DNA of 64,000 nucleotides, taken from positions 1 through 64,000 of the forward strand of contig NIVC01001965.1 in the NCBI GenBank assembly GCA_002269645.1. The letters are read 5' to 3'. Positions 58,600-64,000 of this stretch are shown in pieces (position 1 is the stretch's first letter; every line of letters starts with the position of its first letter). A program made the position numbers and the translations under genes. The notes under the pieces were generated by a model. It did not search any database. It was not told the DNA's origin and worked only from the letters and a program-made list of their open reading frames with translations. The stretch comes from Macrostomum lignano (Eukaryota).

Positions 58600-59325
58600 G
58601 TTCTTTCTACATCTGATAGTAGGAGCATCCGGAATCTTTCTACATCTGATAGCATGAGCATCCAGAGTCTTTCTACATCTGATAGCAGGAGCATCCAGAA
58701 TCTTTCTACATCTGATAGCATGAGCATCCGGAATCTTTCTACATCTGATAGCAGAAGCATCCAGAATATTTCTACATCTGATAGCAGAAGCATCCAGAAT
58801 CTTTCTACATCTGATAGCAGGAGCATCCAGAATCTTTCTACATCTGATAGCATGAGCATCCAGAGTCTTTCTACATCTGATAGCAGGAGCATCCAGAATC
58901 TTTCTACATCTGATAGCATGAGCATCCGGAATCTTTCTACATCTGATAGCAGAAGCATCCAGAATATTTCTGCATCTGATAGCAGAAGCATCCAGAATCT
59001 TTCTACATCTGATAGCAGGAGCATCCAGAATCTTTCTACATCTGATAGCATGAGCATCCGGAATCTTTCTACATCTGATAGCAGAAGCATCCAGAATATT
59101 TCTACATCTGATAGCAGAAGCATCCAGAATCTTTCTACATCTGATAGCAGAGAAGCATCCGGAATCTTTCTACATCTGATAGCAGAAGCATCCGGAATCT
59201 TTCTACATTTGATAGCAGGAGCATCCAGAATCTTTCTACATCTGATAGCAGAAGCATCCAGAATCTTTCTACATCTGATAGCAGGAGCATCCAGAATCTT
59301 TCTACATCTGATAGCAGGAGTGTCC
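58600..59325. repeat. 33-bp minisatellite ATCTGATAGCA(G/T)(G/A)AGCATCC(A/G)GAATCTTTCTAC
   Basis: About 21 copies; the last few are 32 or 34 bp. Confidence 0.95.
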
Positions 59326-59777
59326 TGCTATCACCTGTCGCTTGTAAAAAGCTGTCGCTTGTCTCTAAACTGGGCACCCAATAAACTTTGCCAAGGTCTC
59401 TTCGGCTTCTGAATATTAAACTGATGGAAAGTACATAAAGAGCCGCTCTTCAAGCCAACCCAGCTTCAATGCGTTGACTACCACAGCTTCCAAGTCCATA
59501 ATCCTTAGAGTGAAGCCTGGGAAAGTGTGGCGTATCAAAGCACGACATCAGTGCGGAAGCCACTGAACCTCTGCAGCAGTTGAAGCCATAAAGCCTTGAA
59601 GGTAACGCCGTAACACCGTTTCACCTCTGATTCCAGCGATTGATTCCATTCTTGTATTTGTGAACGAAATTGGACCGGCGATCCAATACTATGCAAGTTT
59701 TATGCTCCTTATGTCCAAAATATACCACAGAAATTCCGTTAAAAGTTTCGCGAATTAGCCGCACTAAACAGGTTAAA

Positions 59778-61320
59778 TCAAGCAGCTGTTCCCTTGAAGC
59801 AAAGCACGAGCAGAGTCCCTAGCAGCAGGATCTGCTGTCCAAACTGTCTGCCCTGGCCATTGCAGACTTCTGCATTTTCACTTCCGAACTGCAAACAGCT
59901 CTGCGGCCAGATCCTCGATGGCTCCAGCAAGTCCTGCAGCAGCTGCAGCCCGATCTCCGGCCGGTCCGTCGCCACGGAGTGTCCGGCGCCAATCACCGTC
60001 CGGTACCTGATTCGGCCGCCCAGGTAGGACCTCTGGATGCCTCCGATCTGCAGTCCGTAGCCCGGCCTCCTCAGACAGTAGAACCAGACGTTCTGGCCGC
60101 TCTCTGGGTCCGGGGGCAGCCGCTCCAGCAGCTGCAGCGTCAACCCCACGGGCAGCAGAAGGTCCAGGGCTCCGGTGTACAGCAGCACCGAGACGCTGTG
60201 ATTGGCGAGTGTAACGAATTCACTGAGAACGTCACGCTCCGTCTTCCTGTAGATTCTGTTTATGTCATCGTGGCAGAGGACGAATTTCTGTAAAGTTAAT
60301 TCATTCACGCCCAGAGCACTTTGCACGTCCCTGTCGTTTAAGAAGCTGGAGAGTCCAGTTGAGTTGAGGCCGGGATAGCCATCGGCTTCACTTCCAGGGT
60401 ACCACGGATGAGCGACGTTGTACTCATTCACTGATAGCCGCTGTGAGTGCTCTGAACCATTGGAACCCTGGTGGATTGTAAAGACTGGCTGAATAGATAT
60501 CATTTCAGTGCTGTCACACCTGAGCTATCGTAATATCATGGAATATACTTGGTATATAATATCAGACCGCGAGGCCGTTAAGCAAAAGCACTTCACTCAC
60601 CACAGACAGCTCAAGAACACTGACGTTACCAAAAGTGATGCCCATCGCGTCCGTCAGGGCTCTCCGGTGCGATTTAAAAGCCGACTCATTGTACGGCATG
60701 TGCAGGCCGTTGCCCACGGCGATGCCCTTCAGGTTGATGAGGCCGGGACGGTGCCCGCCGTCGATGATGGCGCTGGCCAGCAGCGGGATGTAGATCCCCG
60801 CGTAGCTCTCTCCCGCGATGTAGAAGGCCCGGCCTCGGTACTCGGGGAACAGGCTGTAGAAGTGGAGCAGCGCTCCCAGGTTCAGCCGCGTGGTCGCGTT
60901 ATCGTTGAGCTCGGACGGGTCGGTGGGTCCGGGCTCGCTCAGGCCGACACCGCTGGGCGAGTCGATGTACAGCACGTTGACCAGTCGGTTCCACGCGAAG
61001 TCGTTGCGCTCCAGCTCGGCGCGGTCGTTCGCCAGGAACGGCCCGTTCGTCATGAGCAGGCCGCCGACCGAGGAGCAGCCGGGACCGCCGTTCATCCACA
61101 GCACGAGCGGAGCCGTCGCGGCGTCCACGTGGGAGCTCTCGACCAGCCAGTAGAAGAGGCGCCGGCTGCCGCCGCTGCCGCTGCTGGAGGTCAGGTAGCC
61201 CGAGTACTGGGTGAAGTTCGGGCGGAACAGCAGCCGCGGCAGCTCCTCGACGCGGCGTCTCTGGCACTCGGCGAGCGCGCAGCAGCAGAGGCAGAGCGCC
61301 AGGCTCAGAACGGGCCGCAT
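59778..61320 (-). CDS. Serine carboxypeptidase S10 (copy B), apparently intact; exons 61320-60601 and 60488-59778 (~476 aa)
   Basis: Same motifs as copy A (NGGPGCSS, GESYAG, LLYTGALD, GAGHSVATDRP). GTG|gtgagt ... attcag|CCA phase-0 intron. Hydrophobic tail QILLLGTLLVLCF. Confidence 0.9.
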
Positions 61321-62185
61321 GGTTGGCGAATCCAATTTGATTTTTTCGGCTAAGGGCTGCGCAAAGTTTCGATCCTTCTTATACTTATTTTGGTGTCACC
61401 CTTAATTTACGACAGCCAAGCTGACTCAGCCCTGCTGTTTTTGCGTCGTGGGCCATGGCACTTTGCTGCAGAGAAAGAACAGCGCTTTGCATTCGAGTTT
61501 GAACCCGACTTGCACTCACCCAGCTTTCTATCTATTCCAAAGCCCACATGCTCTCAGCGAACGTTTTTTCAGCGAACGCAAAACCTTCTCTTGCGTTTTT
61601 TCGTCTGAAGTATATCGATTAACAATGCAATGAATATTCAGTAGCCGCACGAGCACTATGTGCAATTTTCGTTTCACCTTTACAGACAGCCTGGATGCAG
61701 TTTTATCACACGCCTGTAGGGTACAAACCAGTGCTTCGCGACCGAATGGCTCAGGTTTTAGCCAAGCAATTACGAGTATCTGCGCATTAAGGGTTAGGCA
61801 CCTGTGCGAGTATTGAGTGGCTTCCGCAGTGCTGGCCTTATGCTGGTACTCGACTCGCGAGGCTTGCTGTTTAGGCAACACGCTGCAGACTTTGAATGGC
61901 GCTATGTGTATTTGTTAGTACAGGACGCATACATCTAGCAGGAGCAAATGTTATAATTTGAATAATCTAAAAGGTATGAAAACAAAAATGGCTAAATTTG
62001 TAAACGAAAAAATCGACTAACAGAATGCCATGCGGAACGCAGGTGCAAAGTTTACTCCTCTGAGCAGCGCGAGGCCGCTTCCAGCACGGTGAACTGCGCT
62101 AAGACTCCCCCCCCCCACTGTCGCGTGCTCAAATCCAGAGAAATCAGCTGCCAGGCATCTGCGGCCGGGGAGCAGCGCAGCGGTG

Positions 62186-63774
<1,589 letters not shown>

Positions 63775-64000
63775 CTGTCAGAGCTTTCTGCCTGTCAACG
63801 GCGCTGATCACTTTATGCAGCAAAAATTGCTAATGTTGCAGAACAAGCCAATTCGAAAGGCAATTAACCGCAACTAGCGGGGCCGGTGGCTTCAGTTTCG
63901 ACAGCTGATGCGGCGTTTTGACTTGCTTGAATCGGGGCGGCAATTAGCGGAGCCGCCTTGTCAGCGGCCACTTAAAGCCGCAGCGACCCCCGGCGGGGCG

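Noticed and set aside
58482-59412. 33-bp array open on both strands, as a possible 11-mer repeat protein
   Set aside because: Terminal units are 32 or 34 bp, there are no clear splice signals or coding-like flanks, and the absence of stops follows from the unit sequence.

Overview
Eukaryotic (metazoan) genomic DNA with GC-rich exons, AT-rich intergenic DNA and very many tandem repeats. The architecture resembles the flatworm Macrostomum lignano, but that is an inference and is not proven by this sequence. Genes recognised: a TAX1BP1/CALCOCO-type autophagy receptor (-), WDR24 of GATOR2 (-), an F-box/LRR gene (-) with a downstream F-box relic, RNA polymerase II subunit RPB3 (-), PCMTD1 (+), three S10 serine carboxypeptidase paralogs (-), a decayed EGFR-like ectodomain (+) and a candidate charged 11-mer-repeat protein (-). 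A young 5.64-kb LTR element (778-bp LTRs, TATA target duplication, tRNA-Leu PBS, PPT) lies between RPB3 and PCMTD1. It has a short gag, no recognisable pol and an intact 321-aa ORF of unknown type, and its LTRs contain two degenerate copies of its own PBS/U5 junction. Most long introns hold their own private minisatellite, and several repeat units copy or are complementary to the adjacent splice donor or stop codon. The carboxypeptidase paralogs share a nearly identical N-terminal half but have divergent C-terminal halves ending in hydrophobic, GPI-like tails. Several conserved genes carry single-base frameshifts, probably long-read consensus errors. No rRNA, tRNA gene or CRISPR array was found. 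Exon boundaries were read by eye from GT/AG signals and frame continuity.
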